From: Pyrinomonadaceae bacterium
GTDB lineage: Bacteria; Acidobacteriota; Blastocatellia; Pyrinomonadales; Pyrinomonadaceae
Assembly (NCBI GenBank): GCA_035537435.1
Contig: DATLMC010000015.1
Span: 36,860-100,859 of the forward strand
Length of the DNA: 64,000 nucleotides
Reading direction: 5' to 3'
The notes beneath the pieces are model-generated. The model did no database searches, was not told where the DNA came from, and worked only from the letters and a program-made list of their open reading frames with translations. The position numbers and the translations under genes are program-made. Shown here in pieces: positions 39,531 through 49,146 of the stretch (position 1 is its first letter; every line of letters starts with the position of its first letter).

Positions 39531-41873
39531 ATGCCGTCGAAATTCTTGCGCGCCGCCGTCCTGTCAGTCTTCTTCGCTGCTTCAGCGCAGGTCGCGCTGC
39601 CGCAGTCGAAGACGAACCCGAGCGACAAGTTCCGCCAGCTCGAAGAGATTTTGCCGACGCCGAACGAGCAGCGCGCGGCTTCGGGCGCGCCCGGTCGCAG
39701 CTACTGGCAGCAGCGCGCCGATTACAACATCAAGGTCGAACTCGACGACCTCCGCCAGCGCGTCACCGGCTCGGAGACCATCACCTACTACAACCAGTCG
39801 CCCGACGCGCTCCCTTACCTCTGGGTGCAGCTCGATCAGAACCTCTTCGCCAAAGACTCCGACTCCGTCTTGACCTCCGCCGCGCCGAGCTTCAAGGACA
39901 TCCCCTACCGCACCATCGATTCCCTGCTCGCGCGCCGCGACTTCGAGGGCGGCTACCAGATCACGGCCGTGCGCGACGCCGCCGGCCAGCCGATGCGCCA
40001 CGCCGTCGTGAAGACGATGATGAGGGTCGATCTCGCGCGCCCGCTCGCGCCCGCCCAGTCCGCCAGCTTCTCCGTCGATTGGAGCTACAACATCAACGAC
40101 GCGCGGCGCGTGGGCGGGCGCACCGGCTACGAGTACTTCCCGAAGGACGGCAACTACATCTACGAGATCGCGCAGTGGTTCCCGCGCATGGCCGCCTACA
40201 ACGACGTGTCGGGCTGGCAGCACAAGCAATTCTTAGGGAGCGGCGAGTTCACCCTTGAGTTCGGCAACTACCGCGTCTCGATCACCGCCCCCGACGATCA
40301 CATCGTCTCCGCCACCGGCGTGCTGCAAAACCCGAACGAGGTCTTGACGGCGCAGCAGCGCGCGCGCCTGAGGCAGGCGGAGACGGCGCGCGCGCCCGTC
40401 ATGATCGTGACGCCCGCGGAGGCGCGCGCCAACGAGGCGCACAGGGCCGCGGGCAGGAAGACGTGGGTGTTTGCCGCCGACAACGTGAGGGACTTCGCCT
40501 TCGCGTCGTCGCGCAAGTTCATCTGGGACGCGCAGGGGCACAACGTCGACGGCAACCGCGTGCTGGCGATGTCTTTCTACCCGAAGGAGGGCGAGCCGCT
40601 GTGGTCGAAGTATTCGACGCACGCGATCATGCACACCCTGAACGTCTACTCGCGCTACTCCTTCACCTACCCGTACCCCGTGGCGCAGTCGATCAACGGG
40701 CCGGTGGGCGGGATGGAGTACCCGATGATCTGCTTCAACGGCCCGCGCCCCGAGGAGGACGGGACCTACCCGGCGGCGACGAAGTACGGCCTGATCTCGG
40801 TCGTCATCCACGAGGTCGGGCACAACTACTTCCCGATGATCGTCAACACGGACGAGCGGCAGTGGACGTGGCTGGACGAGGGGCTCAACACCTTCCTCCA
40901 GTACCTCGCCGAGCAGGAGTGGGAGGCGAACTACCCTTCGCGGCGCGGCGAGCCGCGCAACATCACCGAATACATGGCGAGCGCCGATCAGGTGCCGATC
41001 ATGACGAACTCCGAGTCCGTCCTCCAGTTCGGCAACAACGCCTACGGCAAGCCCGCCACCGCGCTGAACATTTTGCGCGAGACCGTGCTCGGCCGCGAGC
41101 AGTTCGACTTCGCGTTCAAGCAGTACGCGCAGCGCTGGAAGTTCAAGCGGCCGATGCCGGCCGACTTCTTCCGCACGATGGAGGACGCTTCGGGCACGGA
41201 CCTCGACTGGTTCTGGCGCGGCTGGTTCTACACGACCGACCATGTCGATCTCTCCATCGAGCGCGTGCGCCTCTTCCGCACCGACACGATGAACCCCGAC
41301 GCGGAGAAGGCAGCGCGCCGGGCCGAGCGCGCGGAGCGCCCGCCGTCGCTCTCCGAGGAGCGCAACCGGGCGCTCGCGAAGCGCGCCGACGAGTTTCCGA
41401 GCCTGCGCGATTTTTATAACGAGTACGACGAGCTGGTCGTGACCGAGCGCGACCGCGAGGAGTACCGGAAGTTCTTGCAGGGGTTGACGCCGCGCGAAAG
41501 GGAGCTCTTGCAGACGGGGTTGAACTTCTACGTCGTCGATCTCAAGAACGTCGGCGGGCTGGTGATGCCGGTCATCTTCGAGATCGAGTACGCCGACGGC
41601 ACGAAGGAGACGATGCGCATCCCGGCGGAAATCTGGCGCTACAACAACGCGGAGGTGTCGAAGCTGATCATGACGCCCAAAGAGATACGCTCGATCTCCC
41701 TCGACCCGCGGCAGGAGACGGCGGACGCGGACGCCTCGAACAACAGCTTCCCGCGCCGCCCCGTGCAGACGCGCTTCCAGATCTTCAAGCAGCAGACGAC
41801 GCAGAACCCGATGCAGCAGTTGGAGCGCAAGCAGCCCGCGGCGCTCCAGCCGCCGCCCACGCCGAACCCGTGA
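39531..41873 (+). CDS. Secreted M1-family zinc aminopeptidase
   Basis: Signal peptide MPSKFLRAAVLSVFFAASAQ. GGMEYP, HEVGHNYF, WLDEGLNTF. The track start at 39297 reads through a repeat and is rejected. Confidence 0.9.
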   Translation: MPSKFLRAAVLSVFFAASAQVALPQSKTNPSDKFRQLEEILPTPNEQRAASGAPGRSYWQQRADYNIKVELDDLRQRVTGSETITYYNQSPDALPYLWVQLDQNLFAKDSDSVLTSAAPSFKDIPYRTIDSLLARRDFEGGYQITAVRDAAGQPMRHAVVKTMMRVDLARPLAPAQSASFSVDWSYNINDARRVGGRTGYEYFPKDGNYIYEIAQWFPRMAAYNDVSGWQHKQFLGSGEFTLEFGNYRVSITAPDDHIVSATGVLQNPNEVLTAQQRARLRQAETARAPVMIVTPAEARANEAHRAAGRKTWVFAADNVRDFAFASSRKFIWDAQGHNVDGNRVLAMSFYPKEGEPLWSKYSTHAIMHTLNVYSRYSFTYPYPVAQSINGPVGGMEYPMICFNGPRPEEDGTYPAATKYGLISVVIHEVGHNYFPMIVNTDERQWTWLDEGLNTFLQYLAEQEWEANYPSRRGEPRNITEYMASADQVPIMTNSESVLQFGNNAYGKPATALNILRETVLGREQFDFAFKQYAQRWKFKRPMPADFFRTMEDASGTDLDWFWRGWFYTTDHVDLSIERVRLFRTDTMNPDAEKAARRAERAERPPSLSEERNRALAKRADEFPSLRDFYNEYDELVVTERDREEYRKFLQGLTPRERELLQTGLNFYVVDLKNVGGLVMPVIFEIEYADGTKETMRIPAEIWRYNNAEVSKLIMTPKEIRSISLDPRQETADADASNNSFPRRPVQTRFQIFKQQTTQNPMQQLERKQPAALQPPPTPNP

Positions 41874-42403
41874 GGGCTTTCGAGTTGAAGCGCCACGCCG
41901 TCAAGCTCTTATGTCTCGCGCTGGCCTTGGCCGCGCTCGCCGCGCCCGCGGAGCGGCGGGCGTCGGCGCACAAGTTCCACACGAGCTTCGCCGAGGCTGA
42001 CTACGACGCCGAGACGCGCTCGCTCCAGATCACGCTGCGCACGTTCCCGGACGATCTCGAAGCGGCCGTCCGCAGGCGCGGCGGCAGGCGGGTCTCGCCC
42101 GACGACAAGAAGGCTTTCGGCGCGCGGGTCTTCGCCTACCTGCAGGAGACGTTTCAGGTGAGGACGGCGAAGGGGGAGGCGGCGAAACTCTCCTGGGTCG
42201 GGATGGACGCGGGCGCCGATTCCGCGTGGCTCTACTTCGAGGCTTCGCTGCCCGAGGGCGTCGAGGGCGCGCAGGTGCGGCAGCAGTTCTTGTGCGACCT
42301 CTACGACGATCAGATCAACCTCGTCAACGTTAAGTCGGGCGGGCGCAAAGTCGAACTCCGTTTCGAGCGCGGCGGCGAGTTCAAAGTGATCACTCTCAAG
42401 TAG
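41870..42403 (+). CDS. Secreted DUF6702-like protein
   Basis: HKFHTSFAEADYDAETRSLQITLRTFPDDLE resembles the DUF6702 family that often neighbours M1 peptidases. GTG overlaps the upstream TGA as GTGA. Confidence 0.5.
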   Translation: MRAFELKRHAVKLLCLALALAALAAPAERRASAHKFHTSFAEADYDAETRSLQITLRTFPDDLEAAVRRRGGRRVSPDDKKAFGARVFAYLQETFQVRTAKGEAAKLSWVGMDAGADSAWLYFEASLPEGVEGAQVRQQFLCDLYDDQINLVNVKSGGRKVELRFERGGEFKVITLK

Positions 42404-42454
42404 CCGCGCGCCACCAACGCGCCGGCCTCACACCTCTCATGTGCGATGACGACC

Positions 42455-42546
42455 GTAGGGGCAGGGCTCGTCCCTGCCCGCCGCTTGCGCCGGATGATCG
42501 TTCGCGCTCACGCGCTCATGCGGGCAGGGACGAGCCCTGCCCCTAC
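42455..42546. repeat. REP/REPIN-like element, copy 4 (short form)
   Basis: GTAGGGGCAGGGCTCGTCCCTGCCCGC ... GCGGGCAGGGACGAGCCCTGCCCCTAC, between convergent genes. Confidence 0.9.
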
Positions 42547-42609
42547 AATTATTCCTCGGGCGCATTCATTTGCGGATCGCTGCGAGATTGAACCTGAAAT
42601 GTCTGCGCG

Positions 42610-44274
42610 CTAGCGGGCGGCGAGGTTCGCGATGGCGGCGACGAGTTCGGCGGACGTAACCGGCTTCGGCAGGTGGAGCTGGAAGCCCGCGCGCAGGGCG
42701 CGCACCCGATCCTCGGCGTGCGCGTAGGCGGTGAGGGCCGCGGCGGGCGTGCGGCCCCCGCGCTCGGGCGGGAGCCCCCGCACTTTACCGATCAGCGCGT
42801 AGCCGTCTTCGCCGGGCATCCCGATGTCGGCGAGCAGCACGTCGGGCCGCTCGCTCTCGATGGCCGCGAGCGCCTCGGCGGCGGAGCCGGCGGTCAGCGC
42901 CTCGGCGCCGCACTCGGAGAGCGTCCGCGCGAACAACTCGCGCGCGTCCGGCTCGTCGTCCACGACGAGCACGCGCACCCCCGTCAGGCTCTCGCAGTCG
43001 AGCGCTTCGGCCCCGCGCGGGTCGCTCGCGCCCGCGCGCCCGGACGCGACGACGGCGCGCTGCGCCACGAGCGACGAGAGCGGCAGCCTGATGGTGAAGG
43101 TCGTGCCGCGCCCCACGCCCGCGCTGTCCGCCGAGACTTCGCCGCCGTGCAGCTCCGTGAGCTGCCGCACGATTGCCAGGCCGAGGCCGAGGCCGCCGTA
43201 GGTGCGCGTCGTGGCGGCGTCCGCCTGCCGGAAGCGATCGAAGACGTGCGGCAAAAACTCCGGCTCGATGCCGATCCCCGTGTCGCCGACGCTAATCTCG
43301 ACGCCCGACGCGGCGCGGGCGAGGCGCACCTCGACGCGCCCGCCCGCGGGCGTGAACTTGACGGCGTTGTTGACGAGGTTCCAGACGATCTGCTGGAGGC
43401 GATCGGCGTCGCCCAACACCGCCCCCGCCGCGGCGTCGAGCGCGTGGCGCAGCTCGATGCCCTTCGACTCGGCGGCCGGGCGCGCGGCGTCGAGGGCCGC
43501 GCCGATCACGGCGTCGAGATCGACCGGGCGCACGTCGAGCAGGAGCTTGCCCGAGATAATGCGCGACACGTCGAGCAGGTCTTCGACGAGGTGGAGCTGC
43601 GCCAGCCCGTTGCGCTCGATCACTTCGAGGGCGTGCGCGGCGATCTGCTCGTCGGGCACGCCGCGGCGCAGCAGTTGCGCCCAGCCGAGGATGGCGGTCA
43701 GGGGCGTGCGCAGCTCGTGCGAGACGGTGGCGAGAAACTCGTCCTTGAGTCGGCTGTTGGCTTCAGCGTTGAGGCGCGCCGCCTGCTCGCTCTTGAGCAG
43801 TTGCTCGCGCTCCTCGCGCGCGCGAGAGAGCGCGTCGAGGTGATCGCGCACCTCGTACTGGCGCAGCCGCGCGCGCAGCGCCGAGCGGACGACGCTCAAG
43901 ATCGTGACGATGTGGGCGGGCCGCTCGATGAAGGTGACGTTGCCCGTCTCGCCGAGCGCGGCGAGGGCCGAGAGCGTGTCGGCGGCGGCGGCCCCGCTTC
44001 GCGCGAGGACGATGAGCGGCAGATCAGACCACGGGGCTTGCGCGCCGAGCGTCGCGGCGAGCGCGCGCGCGCCGGCCTCGGTCAGCGCCTCCCGCGTGAT
44101 GAAGGCCGCCCCCGCGCCGCGCTCGACCTCGCGGCACAGCCCCTCGACGCCCGCGCACTCCTCGGCGGCGATCCCCTGCTCGCTGAGCGCCGCGCACGCG
44201 AGCGCGGCGTCGCGCCCGACGGGCGCGACGACGAGCACGCGCGTCTCGGCGTTGAGGGCTTCAGCCTTCGGCAT
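42610..44274 (-). CDS. Hybrid sensor histidine kinase: N-terminal pseudo-receiver, HisKA, HATPase_c, C-terminal receiver
   Basis: H-box SHELRTPLTAILGW, N-box NLVNNAVKFT, G-boxes DTGIGI and GGLGLGLAIV. The C-terminal REC has VLVVDDEPD..LLADIGMPGEDG..LTAY..LPKP. The N-terminal REC-like domain lacks the acidic pocket (VLVVAPVGRD). Confidence 0.9.
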   Translation of the reverse strand: MPKAEALNAETRVLVVAPVGRDAALACAALSEQGIAAEECAGVEGLCREVERGAGAAFITREALTEAGARALAATLGAQAPWSDLPLIVLARSGAAAADTLSALAALGETGNVTFIERPAHIVTILSVVRSALRARLRQYEVRDHLDALSRAREEREQLLKSEQAARLNAEANSRLKDEFLATVSHELRTPLTAILGWAQLLRRGVPDEQIAAHALEVIERNGLAQLHLVEDLLDVSRIISGKLLLDVRPVDLDAVIGAALDAARPAAESKGIELRHALDAAAGAVLGDADRLQQIVWNLVNNAVKFTPAGGRVEVRLARAASGVEISVGDTGIGIEPEFLPHVFDRFRQADAATTRTYGGLGLGLAIVRQLTELHGGEVSADSAGVGRGTTFTIRLPLSSLVAQRAVVASGRAGASDPRGAEALDCESLTGVRVLVVDDEPDARELFARTLSECGAEALTAGSAAEALAAIESERPDVLLADIGMPGEDGYALIGKVRGLPPERGGRTPAAALTAYAHAEDRVRALRAGFQLHLPKPVTSAELVAAIANLAAR

Positions 44275-45823
44275 CGTCGCCGCCCGCCCCCCGTGACTCG
44301 TCGTTCTTCCTGAGCAGCGACTCCGAGCCGCCGCGGAAGACGGGCACGCCCGTCAGCACGCCGTGGAACTCTTCGAGCGCGCGACCGACGCTGATGCCGC
44401 GCGGCGAGAGTTGCAGCTCGCGGATCGTGCGCTCGTGGCCGCCGGTGCGCTTCTTGATGACGGAGACGGCGTTGCGCACCGCGCCCGCCGCCTCGAAGTA
44501 GCGGAACAGCAGCACGGTGTCGGCGATGTAACTCACGTCCACGGGCGAGGTCATCGCGGTGCCGAGGAAGCCGTGCTGCGCCGTGATGACCAGCGTGATG
44601 ACGCCCCGCTGGTTGAGGTAGGCCAGCAGCTCGTGCATCTGCGCGATCAGGTAGCGCGCCTCCGGCATCGCCATCAGGTAGCCGTTGAGGCTGTCGATGA
44701 CGACGACGCGCGTGCGGCTCTCGTCGATGCCGCGGCGGACGATGTGCGCGAACTCGCCGGGCGACAGCTCGGCCGGATCGACCTGCTTGATGTTCACGAG
44801 CCCGGCTTCGACGTGCCGTTTGAGATCGATGCCGAGCCCTTCGGCGCGCGCGAGGTAAGTCGTTAAGCCCTCGTCGAAGATGTACACGTCCGCCGACTCG
44901 CCGCGCTCGGCGGCGGCGGCGGCGAACTGCGCGGCGACCGACGACTTGCCCGATCCGGCAGGCCCCATCAAAAGCGTGCTCGTGCCGCGGTCGAGCCCGC
45001 CGCCCATCAGCGCGTCCAGCTCCGGGACGCCGCTCGACACGGGCTCGCGCGCGGTCGTCTCGCGGTGCTCGGCGGCGACGAGGCGCGGGAAGACGACGAT
45101 GCCGCCCGTCTCGATCTTGAAGTCGTGGTTGCCGCCGCGGTAGCGCGCGCCGCGCAGCTTCTTGACGCACAGCGTCCGGCGCTCGGAGCCGTAGCCCTGC
45201 CCCGACTGTTCGAGTACGACGACGCCGTGCGCGATGGAGTGGACTTGCAGATCGGCGTCCACCATGGTGCGGTCGTCCAGGAGGAGCACGGTGCAGCCGC
45301 GCCCGGCGAAGAAGCGCTTGAGCGCGAGCACCTGCCGGCGGTAGCGCAAAGGCTCGCCCGCGAGCAGGCGCATCTCCGAGAGCGAGTCGATGACGACGCG
45401 GCGCGGGCCGAGCCGCTCGAACTCCGCGAGCATCGCCTTGATCGTCTCGCCCAGCTCGATCTCCGCCGGGTGGAAGATTGTGTACTGCGAGTCGGGGCGC
45501 AGCGTCTCCTCGTGCGGGATCAGCTCGTAGATGTTAACGCCTTCGAGCGACCACCCGTGCGAGCGCGCGACGGCGCGCATCTCCTCCTCCGTCTCCGAGA
45601 GCGTGACGTAGAGCACCGGCTCGCCCCGCCGCGCGCCCTCCATCAAGAACTGCATCGCGAGCGTCGTCTTGCCCGCGCCCGGATCGCCCTCGACCAGGTA
45701 GAGACGTTCGGCGGGGAAGCCGCCGCCCAACACGTCGTCGAACCCCTCGACGCCCGTCCCCATCCGCCCCTCCGAGGACGCCGCCGACGCGCGCACCTCT
45801 GCGTTCTGCTGAGTGTCGTCCAT
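44261..45823 (-). CDS. KaiC-family double RecA-like ATPase
   Basis: Two Walker A motifs, GDPGAGKTTLAMQF and GPAGSGKSSVAAQF. GVEGFDDVLGGGFP and GVPELDALMGGGL. It overlaps the kinase start by 14 nt. Confidence 0.9.
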   Translation of the reverse strand: MDDTQQNAEVRASAASSEGRMGTGVEGFDDVLGGGFPAERLYLVEGDPGAGKTTLAMQFLMEGARRGEPVLYVTLSETEEEMRAVARSHGWSLEGVNIYELIPHEETLRPDSQYTIFHPAEIELGETIKAMLAEFERLGPRRVVIDSLSEMRLLAGEPLRYRRQVLALKRFFAGRGCTVLLLDDRTMVDADLQVHSIAHGVVVLEQSGQGYGSERRTLCVKKLRGARYRGGNHDFKIETGGIVVFPRLVAAEHRETTAREPVSSGVPELDALMGGGLDRGTSTLLMGPAGSGKSSVAAQFAAAAAERGESADVYIFDEGLTTYLARAEGLGIDLKRHVEAGLVNIKQVDPAELSPGEFAHIVRRGIDESRTRVVVIDSLNGYLMAMPEARYLIAQMHELLAYLNQRGVITLVITAQHGFLGTAMTSPVDVSYIADTVLLFRYFEAAGAVRNAVSVIKKRTGGHERTIRELQLSPRGISVGRALEEFHGVLTGVPVFRGGSESLLRKNDESRGAGGDDAEG

Positions 45824-46017
45824 ATCCGCCCTGAGCTAAGTTTTGAAAGATACGATTTGCGCTCGAAGATAGCAGAGCGGGACGACCGCGCGCCAGCTTA
45901 AACTCAGGGAGGCCGGGGCGAGCCCGCGCCGCCCGCGCGGGACGAAGCACCCGCGCATGACGCCTCGGCGTATTTCACCGGGCATCGGCCGCGGAGAATT
46001 TTTATAGTTTCAATGAC

Positions 46018-46053
46018 GAAGCCCCGCCGCGCGGTAAAGCGCGGCGGGGCTTC
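46018..46053. other. Perfect 15-bp GC-rich hairpin in a 760-bp gene-free region
   Basis: gaagccccgccgcgc ggtaaa gcgcggcggggcttc. Confidence 0.5.
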
Positions 46054-46583
46054 GCTCCGTGGTGGGGAGCTTAATGAGCCCCCGCAGCCCCCGACAAGCT
46101 TTGGGGGCTCACTCCCCACGGGGAGAGGTGGCGGACGAGCCTCGCGCCGGGAGCCGTGCATGGTAATGCCTCCGGCGAAATCATCGGCGCGTAGCAACGT
46201 CCCGCGTGCGTCTCACTCCGCGGCGTCCCGCCCGCCGCGGGATTCCGGGGTTGACGTATGAACTCGCGAGGGTGCAGTTCATCTCGTTATCTCCCGACCC
46301 AAAATTTCATCCCGGCACCAGCCGACGATCCTTAACGCTGCCTAATCTAGCGGCACGACCTTGAGGAAAACTTGAGCCGTGCTCCGAAAATAAAAGCCGC
46401 TATTTTCCCGCAGAAAAGCGCGTCTTCCTGAGGCTCCCGGTGGGATTAAGGCGGACTTGAGGAGATTGCGATTGCGTTGCGTCAGGCGGTCTCCGGCGGG
46501 TCGCGCGGCGGCGGGCGGTGAGCGAAGGCGTCGCGGCACGGCCCCTCGGCCCCCTCGCGGCTCGCGCCGGCCGCGCCCGTCGG

Positions 46584-47840
46584 TCATTCGTCGCGGCCGC
46601 GGCGCTGTAGCCCGTTCGTCAGGAGCCGCACGCCGAGGACGAAGAGGGAGATGGAGAGCGCGGGCGAGAGCAGCACGAGCGGCTGCTCTCGCAGCAGCGC
46701 GAGGTCGGAAGCCTCCGCGAGCATCGTGCCCCAGCTCACTTCCGGCGCCTGCACGCCGACGCCGAGGTAGGAGAGCGAGGTCTCGGCGAGCAGGAAGGCG
46801 GGCAGCATCAGCGAGAGCTGCACGAGGACGGCGCGCGCCGCGTTCGGCAGGATGTGGCGGAAGAGGACGCGCGACTCCCTCATGCCGAGCGCGCGCGCCG
46901 CCGTGACGTACTCCCTCTCTCGCAGCTCCAGGACGAGCCCCCGCACGAGCCGCGCCATCTCGGCCCAGCCGACGGCGACGAAGATCACGATGAGGAACGC
47001 GGCGGCTCTCGCGGTCGGAAGCTCAAGGGGCAGCGCGGCCCGCGCGGCGAGGATGAGGACGAGTTCGGGCAGCGCCATCATCGCGTCCGCCGCGCGCATG
47101 AGCACGGCGTCCGTTTTGCGCCCGGCGTAGCCGGCGAGGCAGCCGACGAGGACGCCGAGCGCGGCGGCTAAGAGCGTGCCCAGGGGGCCGACCGAGAGCG
47201 AGAAGCGCGCGGCGGCGAGGAGCTGCGAGAAGCGGTCGCGACCGAGCCGGTCGGTTCCGAGCAGGTGCAGGCGCGGCGCGGGCCGAGACGTTTGCGACGC
47301 CGCGCCCGACGGGGAAGTTTGTGTTGTAGTCCCCGGCCGGGGAGTTTGAGAAGGCGGCCGAGCGAAATTTTCGCCCCCGCTTTTTTCCTCGCCCGCGCCG
47401 TCTTCAGCCGCGACGCCGAAGAGGTGGCGGTCGGTCGTGTAGAGTCCGAGGAACTTGTAAGTGTAGCCGCGCGCCAGGAGCGTGAGCGGGTAGTCGCGCG
47501 TCGAGTCTTCCGCGTAAGCGCGCGAGAGGGGATCGGCGAGGCGGCGCGCGCGGACGAAGGGGCGCGCGTGGAAGTCGCCCGCGGCGTCGAAGAAGTGGAG
47601 GGGCGTGGGCGGCGCGAAGGTCTCGGCGCGCGACTGCTCGCGGTAGTCGTAGGGCGCGATGAAGTCTGAGAACGCGGCGGCGAGGTAAAAGATCGCGATG
47701 ATCGAGAGGCCCAGTGCGATCCCCGGGCGGCGGCGCGCGAAGTGGCCGCCGCGCCGACGCAGGCGCGCCAAAGAGTTCAGCGCGCGCGCCTCGCTCACGC
47801 TCGCGCTTCGTGCGCGGGAAGAGTCGGCGGGCGGTCTCAT
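46584..47840 (-). CDS. Peptide ABC transporter permease (DppC/OppC-like) with a low-complexity loop insert
   Basis: The ATG at 47840 overlaps the upstream stop as ATGA. It has the EAA-like region ARALGMRESRVLFRHILPNA. The 634-aa track ORF is an artefactual 5' extension. Confidence 0.85.
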   Translation of the reverse strand: MRPPADSSRARSASVSEARALNSLARLRRRGGHFARRRPGIALGLSIIAIFYLAAAFSDFIAPYDYREQSRAETFAPPTPLHFFDAAGDFHARPFVRARRLADPLSRAYAEDSTRDYPLTLLARGYTYKFLGLYTTDRHLFGVAAEDGAGEEKSGGENFARPPSQTPRPGTTTQTSPSGAASQTSRPAPRLHLLGTDRLGRDRFSQLLAAARFSLSVGPLGTLLAAALGVLVGCLAGYAGRKTDAVLMRAADAMMALPELVLILAARAALPLELPTARAAAFLIVIFVAVGWAEMARLVRGLVLELREREYVTAARALGMRESRVLFRHILPNAARAVLVQLSLMLPAFLLAETSLSYLGVGVQAPEVSWGTMLAEASDLALLREQPLVLLSPALSISLFVLGVRLLTNGLQRRGRDE

Positions 47841-48817
47841 CGGGCGGCGCTCAGGGCGCGGCGCGGCGTCGGGCGCGAGGTCTCGTCGCGGCGCAGGCGC
47901 GGGTCGTTCAGGCGCAGCAACACGTCCGCGGCGAGGTTGCCGAGGAGCACGGCGGTCGCCGTCACCATCACGACGCCCATCAGGAGCGGCGCGTCGCGCC
48001 CCCTGACGGCTTCGACGCTGAGCGCGCCCAAGCCCTGCCAGCCGAGCACCGTCTCGGTGATGACCGAGCCGCTGACGAGGCTCCCGAGCGAGTAGCCGAA
48101 GATCGTGATGAGCGGGTTCAGCGCGGCGCGCAGCGCGTGGCGGAGGACGACCGCGCGCTCCGTTAAGCCCTTCGCGCGGGCGACCGTGACGAAGTCTTCG
48201 GCGAGCGCGGCGCGCAAAGATTCGCGCGTCTGCGCGAGGAAGAGCGCGACGAGCGGCGCGGCGAGCACGATGGCCGACGGGAGCACGCGCGAGAGTGAGA
48301 CGGGCGACGCCTCGCCCGCGCCGCCGATGGGGAAGAGGTTCGTGCGCGCGGCGACGGCGAGCGCGACGAGGGCGAGCACGATGCGCGGCGTCGAAGCCGC
48401 GACGAGGACGAGCGCGCCGCTCGCGCGATCCCACAGGCCGCGGGGTCTGCGCGCCGCCTGCACGCCGAGCGCGAGGGCGACCGCCCACGCGAGCGCGAGC
48501 GTGACCGCCGCGACCAGCACGGTGCGCAGCAGGCGCGGCAGGATGATGGTGGAGACGGGCGTGCGGTAGAGGAAGGAGTAGCCCATGCGCCCGCTGGCGA
48601 ACTCGCCGAGCCAGCGCGCGTAGCGCAGGGGCAGCGGCTGGTCGAGGCCGTAGAGGCGGCGCAACTCCCTGACGGCGTCCTGCGAGACGTGCGGATCGGA
48701 GCTGAACGCGGAGAGCGCGTCGCCGCCCGCCGCCGCCAGCAGCCCGAAGGTCAGGGCGGAGACGACGAAGAGCACGACGACGCCCTGCAAAACTCTGGAG
48801 GTGATCAGCTTCAGCAC
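47837..48817 (-). CDS. Peptide ABC transporter permease (DppB/OppB-like)
   Basis: MLKLITSRVLQGVVVLFVVSALTF...; ARAKGLTERAVVLRHALRAALNPLIT. Confidence 0.9.
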   Translation of the reverse strand: MLKLITSRVLQGVVVLFVVSALTFGLLAAAGGDALSAFSSDPHVSQDAVRELRRLYGLDQPLPLRYARWLGEFASGRMGYSFLYRTPVSTIILPRLLRTVLVAAVTLALAWAVALALGVQAARRPRGLWDRASGALVLVAASTPRIVLALVALAVAARTNLFPIGGAGEASPVSLSRVLPSAIVLAAPLVALFLAQTRESLRAALAEDFVTVARAKGLTERAVVLRHALRAALNPLITIFGYSLGSLVSGSVITETVLGWQGLGALSVEAVRGRDAPLLMGVVMVTATAVLLGNLAADVLLRLNDPRLRRDETSRPTPRRALSAAR

Positions 48818-49146
48818 GCGCGCGGGGGGCGGACGGAAGGGCCGCCGGACTCTTCTAACACCCTTCGTCGGGCGGCGACAAGAGGTTTATTCGCGGCGCG
48901 GGCGGTTTGAAAGTCAGGACTCAGAGCCGCCGGCGCAGGGGCGCGGAGGGGTCGCAGAGATTTTTGTCTCCCTCCGCGTTGACTCCGCGCCTCCCGCGCC
49001 CGCGCGGTGAATCTTTCTCCTGCCCTTACCGCAGGTTATAAATTGTGATGGACAACGACGATCATCCGTGATTGAATCGAGAAGCCTCGCCGGACATCAA
49101 TGCTAAAGACCTTCCCCACGCGATTCTTTCGCCCCGGACAGCCAAG

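Noticed and set aside
47841-48488. The 5' 216 codons of the 634-aa ORF 46584-48488.
   Set aside because: This part is Arg-rich nonsense overlapping the DppB-like gene in another frame. The ATG at 47840 forms an ATGA overlap with the upstream stop and begins the recognisable DppC-like sequence.
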